A program made the translations under genes and the position numbers. The notes below the pieces were generated by a model, which was given only the letters and a program-made list of their open reading frames with translations, made no database searches and was not told the DNA's origin. A stretch of DNA of 64,000 nucleotides from Nitrosopumilaceae archaeon. Lineage in GTDB: Archaea > Thermoproteota > Nitrososphaeria > Nitrososphaerales > Nitrosopumilaceae. Position 1 is the first letter of the stretch. Each line of letters opens with the position of its first letter. Shown one piece after another: positions 1 through 13,005 of this stretch. Location of the stretch: contig CBDBMG010000003.1 in the NCBI GenBank assembly GCA_965207375.1, positions 768,001 to 832,000 of the forward strand, read 5' to 3'.

Positions 1-827
1 CTCCACAAAGGCGCCTGACTTGATTCGTTCTACAAGGTACAGTGGAATAGGAGGGATTGCCGCCCCAGCTAGGACTTCTGGTGTCTGGCTTGATCTCACA
101 GATGATTGGTGATTAGTAAGAGGGGGTGTCTCTGGTGAGAATACAGCGACATATCTAAGGTCTGGATAGAACGGGTTGAGATAATTTTTGCTATAATTCA
201 TATTGAATTGGATAGCTAACAAGCACGTGCGTAACTAAGAGCAAACGCGTATGTAACTAAGAGACAATCATACACAAGGACTTGTATATGTACTTACAGA
301 CACATTCAAGAGGTAATAATACAGGTGCAGATATACACTTACCAAGACCAGAGGGGCCCTGCGGTGGGTCTGGAGACGTATCCTGTACAGAAAGGTTGCT
401 CATCACTGCTTCTATAATCCTTGGGATGTCGGCCTGGGTCAGTAGGTTCTGGTCCTCCTGGTTCGTATCCAATTCGGACTCACTGGTGTCAGGCTGCTGA
501 GATTCATGGACGTCTGGCACATTCTGGGCGGAAATACGCGTGCGTTATCGTCCGGGGGCTTGGTTATTTGTAGATGGTTCACGTGCCCGTTTCCTAGTAG
601 AACGATTGGCGACACCTCCCCGAGTGCTAACACCTTGGCTGGTGCTACTAATGGTAGTTTCTTTGTCTTTGAGTAGAACGACTATTGGCGGCAGGTAGTG
701 CCGGCGTGCCGCGGAGGGTGGTGGCACGCGTGACGACGGTCCGGTCTTGATCCTTGCCTCGACCACTATTCTCCGAAGAACGAACTCTTGAAACACGCTC
801 CTGCACAGCTTTCTTCCGTCGTGGCAT
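1..827 (-). mobile_element. 5' part of a gag-like ORF1 of a tyrosine-recombinase (DIRS/Ngaro-type) retrotransposon, degraded, running off the window start
   Basis: ATG at 827 gives basic MPRRKKAVQERVSR...; stops and a frameshift follow. A GT-AG intron at 162-342 joins in phase to ...AAIPPIPLYLVERIKSGAFVE, resembling the PPxPxxLVxRIxSGxFVD motif I recall from Ngaro/DIRS gag proteins. Confidence 0.6.
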
Positions 828-1231
828 ATCGTTCAGCTCTCGGATTGAGATGTACTACGCAGATTAAGCGACAGTCACAAGGTATATATGTTGTTGTTCA
901 CACCTGGAACACGAGTTGACTATTTGCGCATGCTCCAACTCTAATTAATACCCCGACTCCAATTGATGCACATCATATTGGCTACTCACGTACCTAACCG
1001 CCTTGTTAAGCTTCTACATTAACTTGGTTTAAATGTGTGCCCATGTAAACCTCATTTCAAGATAATTAATCACCTCATACTTTCATTATACCTAACAGCC
1101 CTTTTGTGACGAAATGCTAACCGTAATGTTTGTTTTTCTTAGCACTCGGTTGTATAATTATTGTTGCTGTTGCTATTTGTTATATTGAAACATTTGGTCA
1201 TAGATATTCCTTCTTAGCTATATAAGTATAG

Positions 1232-1330
1232 GTTAAAGCATTGCCGTGAGTGCTATATATGAAATAAAGCACGAGGTGCACAGCCGAGTGCTTTATTTCA
1301 CGTATAGCAAGAGCAAGGCAATGCTTTAAC
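1232..1330. repeat. Hairpin (foldback) element end; related copy at 11460-11618
   Basis: GTTAAAGCATTGCC...GGCAATGCTTTAAC with an inner stem GAAATAAAGCAC/GTGCTTTATTTC around a GCCGA-containing loop. Confidence 0.6.
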
Positions 1331-1618
1331 TGTTTTAGAGAATTTTCCAGAGAAATGCTTCGATATAAATGTGTTCGCTGGTTCATTGTAGCTTGAAGTG
1401 TAATTCATACACATACGCGTGAGTTATTATTACGCGTGAGCTTATACGTATCAATATAGCTACAGATCGGTGCTTTTTAATAGCGAGACTTGCTAGCTAC
1501 GTACTAGATCGTGTTCTCTCTCGTTATAAAACTAGATAGCTAAGTGGTTTGTTTGTGCAAGACACCTCGAAATGAAATAGAAAATTAAAACCAAGCTGCA
1601 TCGAGTTGTTTACAGTCT

Positions 1619-2400
1619 GGGTGTCTGGATTCAGTGGAATGGAATGGTAGACTGGAATGGTGGAATGGAATGGTGGACTGGAATGGACTAATTGGAATCA
1701 GTAATCGCTGTCATTTGTTCGCAGTGACCACACAGCAGTTCGTTTATACCTCAGTTGGGCGGTAGCGCCCTATATAATATTATTATTATCTCTGATTTTA
1801 ATGTACTAACATTTAATTAATGCGGGCATTAATTTAGCTGGAATGGTTTCAATAGTAAATCTGAATCGATACCAGTGTACCGCGTGGTCAGATCGCTCGG
1901 CTTTGTCGGTTTAATACGGTGCGAGCTAATGCAATAGGTAATGTCCTGCCACTATTCAATTTTCTCATTCTAATTAATGCGCACATCTAGACCTTGTGGC
2001 TAAGGTGTTAAGTAGTTTGTTGTTATTCAGTCATGTCTGAGAATAAAGAAGAGGCAACTGGAACAATTGAAAGTCCCATTATTGTAGATGAATGCGATGA
2101 CGTGGAATCTTTGGTGGAAGTTGAGCGGTCAGGAAATCAGTTTAGGTCTCCAGTTAAAGTTGTGCCAGGGAATCAGTTTAGGTATGTGTGCAAAGTGTTT
2201 ATATGTTAATATGAGTACTTTAGGTTTTACACTTAAGCATAATGGGTGTTTTCCACCATTCAGTCCACCATTCCATTCCATTCCACCATTCCAGTCCACC
2301 ATTCCATTCCGCCACTCCAGTCCACCATTCCGCTGTTCCAGTCCACCATTCTATTCCACCGTTCCAGTCCACCATTCCATTCCAGTGAATCCAGACCCCC
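1619..2400. mobile_element. Mutator-type MITE with GGAAT-repeat subterminal arrays
   Basis: TIRs GGG(T/G)GTCTGGATTCA. 9-bp TSD TTACAGTCT at 1610-1618; the right copy is interrupted by the MULE insertion at 2409. Confidence 0.8.
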
Positions 2401-2408
2401 TTACAGTC

Positions 2409-5400
2409 GGGTTGGTATAAACAATGGATCCGGGGAGCTGGACCCGTGGGGACCTGAGACCCGTGGGGACCGACCCTCCTGTTTTCTTGGAATGTGATAG
2501 AGCTTGCAACTGAACCACGATACAGCTATAAATTATCCAAAGCAATCTAGTACACATGATTCGCGGCGAGTCCTTTTATGGTCATTTCACGTGATACCGG
2601 TAACAGCATGGTGGCGAAGACATGTCTGTAAGTGTCAAGTGAGATGTCGAGATACGTGTGTTATACGTTAAATGGTTTTTAGGAGATCATTGTTATAGAA
2701 AGTAGCAGAGAAGATGAAAGTGATGGCCTAACATCTGGAAATGCCAATACAGACGACAGCTTTCGCGGAAGTGAAAATAGTATGCCGGAGAGTTCATCTA
2801 TGAGTACCCCTGAGAGTTCACCTGTGAAGAAACAAATAAAGTAAGAGCATACTGCCGATATTGTGTAGACCTTTCGTGACCCATTATACTATCGCTCACG
2901 TCTGCCATATAACTCAGTATGATTTGAATCCCGTCGAACAAGGAGCTTCCTATATTTACAAAGTGCTACGAATTCTAGTACACAGGTAAGGAAAGTGTAA
3001 CAGGTCAGGAAAGGGGTATATATCTATTATCTATGGTGGGAGTTACACCATAGACACGTGACAAAGCTGGCCTGAATAGTTTTACTTTCCTTCTATAGGC
3101 TTGATGACAGTGTTGATAAGCCCCATTGTTTTTTGGTAATGAAGAATTACCTATATGGCGCACAGGCACAAAAAGCTTGTCATCAAGTGAAATTATTCGC
3201 TATTTACTTTTTGAAAGAGATCACATTGAACCATGGATTTGTCAGAAACAACCACTTTCTATTAATCGGAATGCAACATTTATTGTTGATCTAACTAAGC
3301 TGCCCTCCAGGAATGATGTATTTGCTGATGATATGGGAGTTTGGAAGCATACTGGCTCTCCTTCTCAGTACTTTCAAGTAAAGATCACCGAGTCTGGTGA
3401 CTTGTGTGAATTAGTTTCCCTTGGAAAGAAACGTCCTTCAGAAATGTCTCGTGGTGTTTATCGTATCAAAAAGAACTATAGCTGTCATCATGCTGCATCA
3501 GATCTATCTCGTACCGTGATTTTTATTGAAGGTATGTATATTAGAGCGGCACATACAATTAAATGATTATTTTCATTGCAGATCATGCTGGAAGCATCAA
3601 AGATCTGTGTGTCATCCAGTACACATTTAAGTTCGGTGAACATGATGTCAAAGTGCAACCTCATGGTAATGTACGTCGTCACTCAGATTCATACATTAGA
3701 ACATTACCTAGTACTCTGCAGAAAATCAAGGATAAACAAATGTGCAGTGGCAATTCAGCACCTAAAACTGTTGTGGCAGAAATCACAAAAGAAGAAGGTG
3801 GCATTGTAGAGTGTCGTTCAACCAGTTGTTTGCCACGGAACCGACGCCAAGTTTCGAATGCACGATATTCTAGCTCTTCAAGACCTAACCATGATCTCTT
3901 GTATGCTGTTATGGAGATGTGTATGAAGTCCAAGTGTGAAGGTGAAAGGTTTGTTCGGTGTGTCCAAGCTGCGCCAGAGCCTTCGTGTGTTCTGGCATTG
4001 GAGCAGCAGCTACTTGACATAGAGCGCTTCTGTACCTGTGAAGATGAGTTCACTGTGTTGGGATTCGATCCTACTTTTAATTGTGGCAAGTTTATGGTGA
4101 CGGTAACTGCCTACAAAAATCTTATGCTGAAAAAGCTCGATGGTACTGTGCCTACATTTATAGGGCCAATGTTAGTACATCAAAGGAAACTTAAAGAATC
4201 ATACCATTACTTGATTTCTTCCATTGTTGGAGCACACCCACCCCTTTCTCGCATACTTGCAGTAGGTACAGATGGTGAAAGCAATCTTTCTGCAGCCATT
4301 CTCAATAATCTACCGTTTGCACAGCACGTACGTTGCGCTCTTCACATGACACGTGATATTCAAGAGAAGATGAAAGAAATAGGAGTGCCAAAGCAATATC
4401 AGAGCTTGTTTCATGAAGATATTATGGGATCATTTTATTCTCCTCATGCAACAGGCTTGGTAGATGCCAAAAGCAATGAAGAATTTGATGAAATGCTATC
4501 ATATTTACAGCCTATTTGGCAGAAATGGGAAGCCGAGTTCTCCTCAAGAAGTCCACTGATGTATCCATGGTTTGTCAAGTATTATGCAGAAGATATGCGT
4601 AGCTTCATGATTGTCCCTGTCCGTGAAAGGGTAGGACTTGGACATCCACCAGCACATTTTACAACTAATGCTAATGAGAGTATAAATAATGTTGTAAAGC
4701 GAGCTTTGCATTATGAAGAGAAAAACTGGGACAAATTTTGTGACGAAATGTTCAAGTTGGTGAAAATTCAATATCAAGAACTAGAAAAGGCTGTTGTTCG
4801 TACTGGTGAGTATCGTTTCCAAGCCAACTTTGCCCATTTAGAGAAAGCTTTATCCATGTGGACCAACATGTCTGTTGAGCAAAGAAAAAGACATATTAAG
4901 AAAGTGATGTGTGCCAAAATAAATGATGCAGCTTCAAATGATAGTGATGATGATACAACCATGGTAAGTAGCTCAAGGTGCAAGGTCACATCTCTACTGC
5001 CACCATCAAATGTTTCTTCTGAAATCTGGGAGCGTGTGGTCTCAAAAGCACAGGCAATTGCATCAGATCCTACATCTATGTCACCGGTACCAGATGCTAA
5101 TGGGAAAAGTAGGTTTGTTGTGTCATTTAGAAATCCTGATTCTCCTCTGAAAGTCCAAGCTGGTAAATCCCCTGGGCAGTACACTTGTGATAAAAAGAAG
5201 TGTCCTGCATTCGCTGGTTACAGAATTTGCAGTCATGTGTTGGCGGTAGCCATGCAGAATAATGAATGCGAAGAACTGCTTAAAAGCAGTCACTCCAATA
5301 ATAGTCTTGGTTTACATGATGTAGCCATGATAGGAATGCCAAAAAATGCAGGCAAAAAACCAGGTTGTACTAAGAAATGAAGCAAGAAGAAACATGTTCA

Positions 5401-6403
5401 GGATGAAAATCTTGTACCAGCTGGAGCCTATAAGAATCCTGCTAGTGGTAACACAGGGTCTTCATTGAATACATCTACTACACACAGTGATATTTCAATA
5501 CCAGACATTAATGCTGCTAATATCACAAACTGTGTACACTAGCCAACAAGGGCATCGTCAATTACTACATCTTCTTTACTTCCGGCTGTCGGTATACCTC
5601 ATAAAACAGGTGCCAGTTCAGTACCACTACCATTGATTCCAGTTACCCATGGAGTGACAGCACAAGTACTTCCTATGAGCCATATACAAATTAACCAACA
5701 GCCAGCACATTGTTCTCATACATCAATGACAGTTACACATTTTGTTCATTATCAACGCCACCGATTAATGATGCCATTAATTACTTACCTCAGGGGTTAA
5801 CAAAATCTCCACGACCGCAGTCTAATCCATTTTTTGTGAAGTTCTTGTCAAAACAAATTTGAATATGCCAAGGTTGTCGTTCTGGATATCAACGTGGTCT
5901 AAATGGAGATCCACTGCCACCTCCATATGACATTATTATTGGACACTTTGAGAGGCAACAATATAGTGATCAGGTGACAGGTCTAACTCGGTTATCTAGG
6001 GAAACGTGTGCTCATTACCATGCATTTCCACAGTGCATTCGTGCTAAATTTCCAGAGTTTCAGCCAACCGAGCTATCTATCCCAGACGAAGTGTTTATGA
6101 AGTTGAATGCCACTCATAAATCATTTCTAAACAGTACATTTGGAACTCGTCTTTAGCCTACTTATTTGACTATGAACTTTTGGAACTGAACTGCTATGGG
6201 CTTTGGTGATTTTTGATTTTTAGCTACAGTTATATCAATCATTGTAATCATTGTGCATGGATTATTAATCATTGGTAATACAAATGATTACAAATGTTAT
6301 ATGAAGCATACAAGTACCAGCAAAATTCGAAGAAAAGTTGGGTCCCGTGGGTCCTCTTGGGTCCCGGGTCCTTGATCCCTGGATCCACTGTTTATACATA
6401 CCC
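2409..6403 (+). mobile_element. Mutator/MULE DNA transposon
   Basis: TIRs GGGTnnGTATAAACA(A/G)TGGATCC; 9-bp TSD CTTACAGTC at 2400-2408 and 6404-6412; encodes a MULE transposase. Confidence 0.9.
2622..6156 (+). pseudogene. MULE transposase with SWIM zinc finger, spliced and degraded
   Basis: Exons about 2622-2627, 2683-2840, 3099-3531 and 3582 onward. Motifs GFDPTFN, GTDGE, CALH, TTNANESIN; SWIM CDKKKC..CSH. Frameshift near 3125; TGA stops at 5378 and about 5859 before the 6156 stop. Confidence 0.85.
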
Positions 6404-6637
6404 CTTACAGTCTGGCATGTTGGTATGTGTTGTTTACAAAGGTATGAACACTCCATGCATAACTGTACTTTATTAAGCTTTGAATTTCATAAAGCACTGT
6501 TGTCACTCAATAAAGCACCCTTCACACCTTAACAGTGCTTTATGGAAAATAAAGTACACTTTTGCCCTTTGATCCGCCCACGCAAAATTCTATAAATATA
6601 TATATACATATACACATACATACATACATACATATAC

Positions 6638-6940
6638 ATAAAAATTAAAAAGTAAGTAGGGATCGATCTTTCACTGCTACAAAAACTAAGGAAACAAGGA
6701 ATAAGATTTTGGCACAAGAGAACACTAAAGATTCTGGCATGAGATAATTGATAAAAGTTAATCACTACTTTTGGCTAGATCATGGACTACTGAAATCATG
6801 AGCCAAATGTAGGGATTAATTTTTATCAATTATCTCATGCATCTTTAGTGTTCTCTTGTGCCAAAATCTTATTCCTTGTTTCCTTACTTTTTGTACGTAG
6901 CAGTAAAAGATCAATCCCTACTTACTTTTTAAATTTTTAT
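6638..6940. repeat. Foldback element (long inverted arms); related family member at about 12560-13005
   Basis: AAAAAGTAAGTAGGGATCGATC...GATAATTGATAAAA is mirrored by TTTTATCAATTATC...GATCAATCCCTACTTACTTTTT. Confidence 0.75.
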
Positions 6941-8091
6941 TTATTCTAGTTTGTTTGCTTTTTATAGCATACTTGCATAAGTATTTTAGTTGACATAATA
7001 TAATTTAAATCAACCTGTCCTTGCTTTCCAGGCACCAACTTAATTATGTTTTACAGGCGCTTGTTAACAAGAGTGTTAACATGGTAAAGCAGCTGTTTAT
7101 AGTGAATTACATTCAAAAAACATCGAAATCTATTTGTCTAAGTTATCATTATAAAGTAATACTACAATTGAAGTGGTGCTGATGTTATGTACATGTTTTG
7201 TGAAATGGCGTGACAACCATGCATGTAAGTGTATGCACACATGTAGTATACTTAAGTATTGTAGCTGGGATTTTAGCCAATAGAAGCTGCTTCTAAGCAG
7301 TTGTACACTGATATTCCCTCTACCACGTAGTGATTTATAAACTTGTCTGTATAATAAAACAGCCAGTGCGCATTATTGTTCCTGTTTATACTTGGTATGG
7401 AATGTTGTGGTCACGCTGAAATTGTTTACGCATTCCAATGGATAGAGAAGAAAGTAGGATAAAAGAATCACCATGGCGCAGTAGGTAAATTGTCATCAGA
7501 ACAACAGTTTCGTAAATGCGACGAGATTACCTTTGCTGTGTTGAATTTCTGGAGCTGTACACCTAGCACAACCGGGTCTTACATAAGGCTGGCTGGCTGA
7601 CAAAATCCAGGCAATTTTCGAGATTTTTAAAATTCAGTAGCTATAGATTGAAATAATCGACTTTTGCTTTGTTTTACAAATGTACAGCATTATTACAGCA
7701 TTACCAATGCATTTAAGTAGGTTTTTTACAGCTAAAGCCTAGGCTTTTAGTGGTGCAAAAAAGCCGAATTCCATACATTCTTTATCGATCCTAAGTACTA
7801 CCATACTTAATGACAGGAAAATTCATTATTATTTAACCAACTTGAAAACCAGTTTTCATGGATTTTCATGTCTAACTATGTATATCTACATAAAAATTAT
7901 TCACAAACTATCAAAACCAAGGTTTTGATGGGTTTTGAGATGCTTTGTTTGTAAATAAGTGTGTGTCACTATGGCTCACTTATTTACAGGCAAAATTACT
8001 CAAACCATCATAACCAGCCAAACCATCAATGAAAATCAGCCATAATGACACACACTTACATAGCTATTTACAGACAAAACTATGTACTTAA

Positions 8092-8701
8092 GGTGGCTCA
8101 GAATAGTTCATGTATGGCTTCATTATGAAAACTTAAAACCCTTGTATCACTCAGCCACTTTCAATAACCATCTTAAATAAGCAGTTTTTACATTCTACCA
8201 TCTCAAACAAAATTATTTGAGAGTTATACTTTTTGCTTCTTTTACAAATACCAAATGTATTGCTGCTGCTAACTAGCATCCTGTATTTTCTGTCGAATGA
8301 CATTTACCTTATCCTCTACAATTAAGCGGTCTTAATTTTTCTCTCAGCTTTCTTTTTCAAGGGGACAGCTTCTCCAAGTTTCACAGATGCTTTCTAAAAG
8401 TCCGCATTAATAAACAAAACAAGCTATTAAAAATCTGCAAGCGCAGGATTGTAGCCCAGGTTATTGCATCAAAATTTGAAGGCCAAGGGCTAAAATATCA
8501 CTCAGTTATTCAAAAAGGTTTGCCTAGGTGTAAAGATCTACCTGCATGCTCCTTATATTAACTAGTCTGCCATGCCCATTAAATAGTTTACTATGCTCCT
8601 TAAGTAAACTAGTTTACCACAGGTATTACCTGCACAACTATAGATTAGCGAGAATACACTAAACCTTACAAGAAGCCATACATGAATTGTTTGGAGCCAC
8701 C
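8092..8701. mobile_element. Non-autonomous TIR element with GG termini at a TTAA-like site (Kolobok-like)
   Basis: GGTGGCTCAGAATAGTTCATGTATGGCTTC / GAAGCCATACATGAATTGTTTGGAGCCACC, flanked by TTAA and CTAA. Confidence 0.55.
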
Positions 8702-9372
8702 CTAAAACTACTAAAACTGTCAAAACCCCAAAACCAGCCATATATAGCTAGTGACTAACACTATTCAAAAACGTAACAATATTAGCAAGTAGGGGGATGT
8801 CACGATATATGAATTTTTATGTCATAGCTAGCTATGTCATGGAGAATTATGTCACAACATAAATTATAATTGGTTTCACAACACTTTTTATGCATATAAT
8901 CAGTGCAATTAACATTAATGTTAAAAAAAATTTCAAATATATTTACCATTTTAGCCTCGACTACAATATACCACACCTTATCTTATTTGGTATGTCTGCT
9001 GGGATGTACGTATAAATAACTTGTTACGTGATACGCGTGTTTATTTGTGGAATTCATTTTAGGCCCAAAGTTTTACTAAGTTTTTAGGTCATTTTCTTCG
9101 ATGCCCTATTGTAATAGCATCAAGGAAACTGAAATCTTATCCGATACTGAGTCGGGGATCGTCTAATGAAACAATTCACTACAGTCATCACTGCTATGAG
9201 AAGCGCTCGCAAAGTACGTAAGCCTATGCAAAGTGTAATATAAATGTTATAACACAGCCTCGCTCGAGATTTGCCTGATATATATGCACTCGCCCTGCAC
9301 CTCGAACATTGTGCTAATATATCAGATAAACCCTCGCGACTGTGTTACATACATACATACATATATATTTAG

Positions 9373-9491
9373 TAGTTATACCATGGGCACGAGTGGTTTG
9401 CCTGATATATACACCCGAAGCCCGAGGGCCGCAGGCCCGAGGGCTGAGGGTGTATATATCAGGCAAACCACGAGTGCACATGGTATAACTA
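9373..9491. repeat. Near-perfect palindromic hairpin element
   Basis: TAGTTATACCATG...TTGCCTGATATATACACCC mirrored around a GC-rich loop; an older related hairpin surrounds it from about 9245. Confidence 0.7.
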
Positions 9492-11874
9492 TTATATACC
9501 AATTAATGTGTGGGCAAACCAGTACAATTATAGCCTCATGGCCTCCCTGTATTTATATGGGGACTTATTGGATTGCATTGTGGGTTTGAATTTAATGATC
9601 AAAACGTTTTTATGATGTCATATTGAAACCCACAATTAAATCTTGTAGGCCTCACTATATAAATAATTGATCATACTAGTGACCCATGGGCAAACATCAC
9701 CTCAATATGCAATCATGTGTGGGCGAACATCACCCCAAGCCCCACCCCATCCATCATAGCAATGTGATTTGATGATCAAAACGTTTTTGTGATGTTATAT
9801 TGAATCCCACAATCAAATCCAATATGGCTCACTATATAAAGGATTGATCAATATCTACTATATAAATGCAGTCCAAACAGCATTTGGATCAAAGCTATCA
9901 AAGCTTTGTATCAAAGAGTTGTTCAAAGGATTGCTGGAAACCACCTTCCCGGGCAATATCTGAATATTGCCCTCTGGAGAGGGCAATATATTTTATATTG
10001 CCCTCTGCAGAGGGCAATATAAGATATATTGCCCTGCAATTCCCTTTGATCCTCCCACACAAAGTGGTATATATATATATATATTGAAACCATGTATAGC
10101 TAGCTAGATTAGAAAGCTAATTACAAAGTAGCAGCTGCATTTTAAGAAACAAATGTTTCCTGGTATTGAGTAGCTAAGGATCATTAGTCTAAGACAATTA
10201 TCAATGTTTTATTGAAACCTTATAAGATTAGAAAGCTATTTAATTTGAAGGGATTCATTATACAAAGTAGTAGCTATATTCAAAGAAACAAAAGTTTCCA
10301 AGAATTACATGCAAATACATATGCATGTAGCTACGTGATGGAGTCTGCAAAAACAGGTCTTATCTCACAATGATTCAATTACACATTCAATGAACCATAT
10401 AACTTACCTTATGAATAGCTATAGCTATTTTATCTCTCTAGTGCCAAATTTCTTTACCTATAGTTTACCCAGAGTGAGTTAACGTTCTTCAAAGTCATAA
10501 AATTGGATGTGCAGACAAGACCATAGCCACGTACGTATGTGTCAGATCCCCCAAACTTTGGTTTTGTTTAATGCATCATAATGACAACTGATCGACTGTT
10601 TAATGCTTTTGTTAGATGATCACTGAAGTTGATGTAGGACTAAGGTTACTGCTGTCCTCAATTGCAACATTCAGTCCGTATGTATACAGGAGGCTCAGTG
10701 CACTGGTTTCATTGGTTGTGTAATTTCAAGTAAAGTATTACCTACGTATATAGCTGTAAAATCTCATGCTCTTTATAATGTGAGAGAATTCAGGCGGATA
10801 GCTACACTTCAGTGCACACAAAGTTATTTAATTCATAGCTATAATAATGTAGCTAGTTAACTTGATGTTTGTATTCTCCTGAGTCATATCAGCATTGCTG
10901 TCTACACCCAGTAATTAATCATATAATCATAATAATAAGAAGATGCATAATTATCATATAGGGTTGCATGTATTTACATGCAATTTGCCACAAGTCTCTA
11001 GTTACACATAATCAGTGGAAAAACCCTTCATTTGGATAGCTAAAAATTCAGCCAGAGATTCTGCTGGCCTGCCCACTATTTTAGAAAGTTTTGCTGATTC
11101 AGTGCCGAAGTCTACTTGAGTGAGTCACAAACAGGGTGTTGCCAACATGCAGGTTAAGGCTTTACAAAAGTTTACATGAAACTGACAGAGAACCTTACCT
11201 GCATGAGGCCCTTTTATGCTTTAAATTCCCGAAAATGTGGCCAAATCGATGAATAAGACTCAGAGTGAGACCACTAGCCTGACACTCATGCACCTGCAGT
11301 CTCGCCCATGTCAGTTTCCAGCCAGGTGGCTGATTGTACCAATAGAGCAAGGCATCTAAGATGCATTAGGAACAAGCCACATGCAGGAAAAGCAGATCAA
11401 AGAACTTTACGCATTAACACAAGCATAATCGTACGTATATGTAGATAGCTAGCTACTAGTCAAAGCACAGTCGTGAGTGCTGTATACAAAATATAGCATG
11501 AGGGGTGAGGTTGAGTGGGAAATACAGCATAAGGTGTAGCCGAGTTCTGTATTTGCCACGAGACCTCACCCCGAGAACTGCATTTTCCGTACAGCACGAG
11601 TATGCAGTGCTTTAACTGGTTTATTGTTTTGCATGGGATGGCACCGGTTAATCAGTAGCTCTCGTATTAGCTTCGATTTGCTTGCTTATTTGTTGTTAAA
11701 TCAGATAAGAAGGGTAAGAATTATCATCTTACTAAAAAATTGGTTTGTAAGAATTTTTCGCCAATTTTATCGTGTGGGTGGTGAAGCCATATCTACTGGC
11801 TTCCTTCATGGTTCCATTAAGTGCATTGAATAGAATAGTGCAGCCAAAAGGTTACTAAATTATCGCGGACTATA

Positions 11875-12113
11875 TGTGACTGTCTGAGCGAAAACCAGCC
11901 TAGTTCACACCTCTGATTTAACTTGGTTAATGACGTGTAAAACCTTTCTGGAATGCTACACCAAGCTCAAATTTTCAGCAATGGTAAAGTGATGTCTAAT
12001 CTATTATTCTTGCAAATTTGGACTCTCTATGTCTTTCCCAACAAAAGTTATAAAGCATTGAAGTGGCAAATTTGGAAGTGTGAACTAGGCTGGTTTTTGC
12101 TTGGAGGGTCACA
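11875..12113. mobile_element. MITE with TGTGAC...GTCACA termini in TA context
   Basis: TIR TGTGACTGTCTGAGCGAAAACCAGCCTAGTTCACAC; relatives at 40386-40986 and 43524-43762. Confidence 0.75.
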
Positions 12114-12559
12114 TATTATACTGTTGTTTACTGATGTGTTGTTTACATGGTCTATGGTAATCCCTCCCTTAATTAGATTCTTGACACCTCTGGACTGCCC
12201 ACCGTGCTGCATTTGCCAATCACTGTACTGTACTTTCCATACAGCACACTTGCTGTAGTATGGAAAATAAAGTGCAGATTTTTCTTTGATCTCGCCCACG
12301 CAAAAGACAATTGCTATAGTTAATGTATGATATTAATAGTTAATCGACAGATCTAGATCGAGCAGTGGTGAAAACTGCGTCTGTATAGTCTTGTAGCTAT
12401 AGCTACGTAGCTACGTATATATACGCATGTTAAAGCAGACTTTTATCAAATCCGGTTGCATAATTATATTTTTTAAATAATGTAAGAGCTAGTATAGCTA
12501 CATAGCTATAGCTATAGCTACAATCTACGTATATAAAAAGTTTTTAAAAAAATTGAATT

Positions 12560-13005
12560 TAAAAGGGGAAGTAGGGATCGACATAAAAAGTAAGGAAAAA
12601 AGTAACTAACTAGCAAATATACGTATATATCACTCACCACCCATGCAGCATTGTATACTGCATGTGTCTGCTCGAGTATAGAATTGCAGCTGGATAATTG
12701 CTACACAAATGAAATATATTCTCTAGCACCTCTAAAATTAAGATTTAATCCCTACTTTGGCAACAACTTTCATATAACAATACATCATGATGCCAAAATA
12801 GGGATTAATCTTGTTGAGGTGCTAGAGAATGTGCTTCATTTGTGCATGTACGTATGTACATATGTACGTAACTACCCAGCTGCAATTCCATAGCTACTTG
12901 AGTAGACACATGCAGTATACAATGCTACATGGGTGATGAGTGATAGCTACATATATTTACTACTTAGCTACTTTTCCTTACTTTTTATGTCAATTCCTAG
13001 CTACT
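12560..13005. repeat. Foldback element with long inverted arms
   Basis: AAGTAGGGATCGACATAAAAAGTAAGGAAAA...TCTCTAGCACCTC is mirrored by GAGGTGCTAGAGA...TTTTCCTTACTTTTTATGTC. Confidence 0.75.

Noticed and set aside
2088-2557. ORFs with STIP/HHSIP repeats
   Set aside because: Translations of the GGAAT/ATTCC subterminal repeats of the MITE.
10616-10730. Possible plus-strand exon
   Set aside because: Short, with no recognisable motif and no partner exons found.
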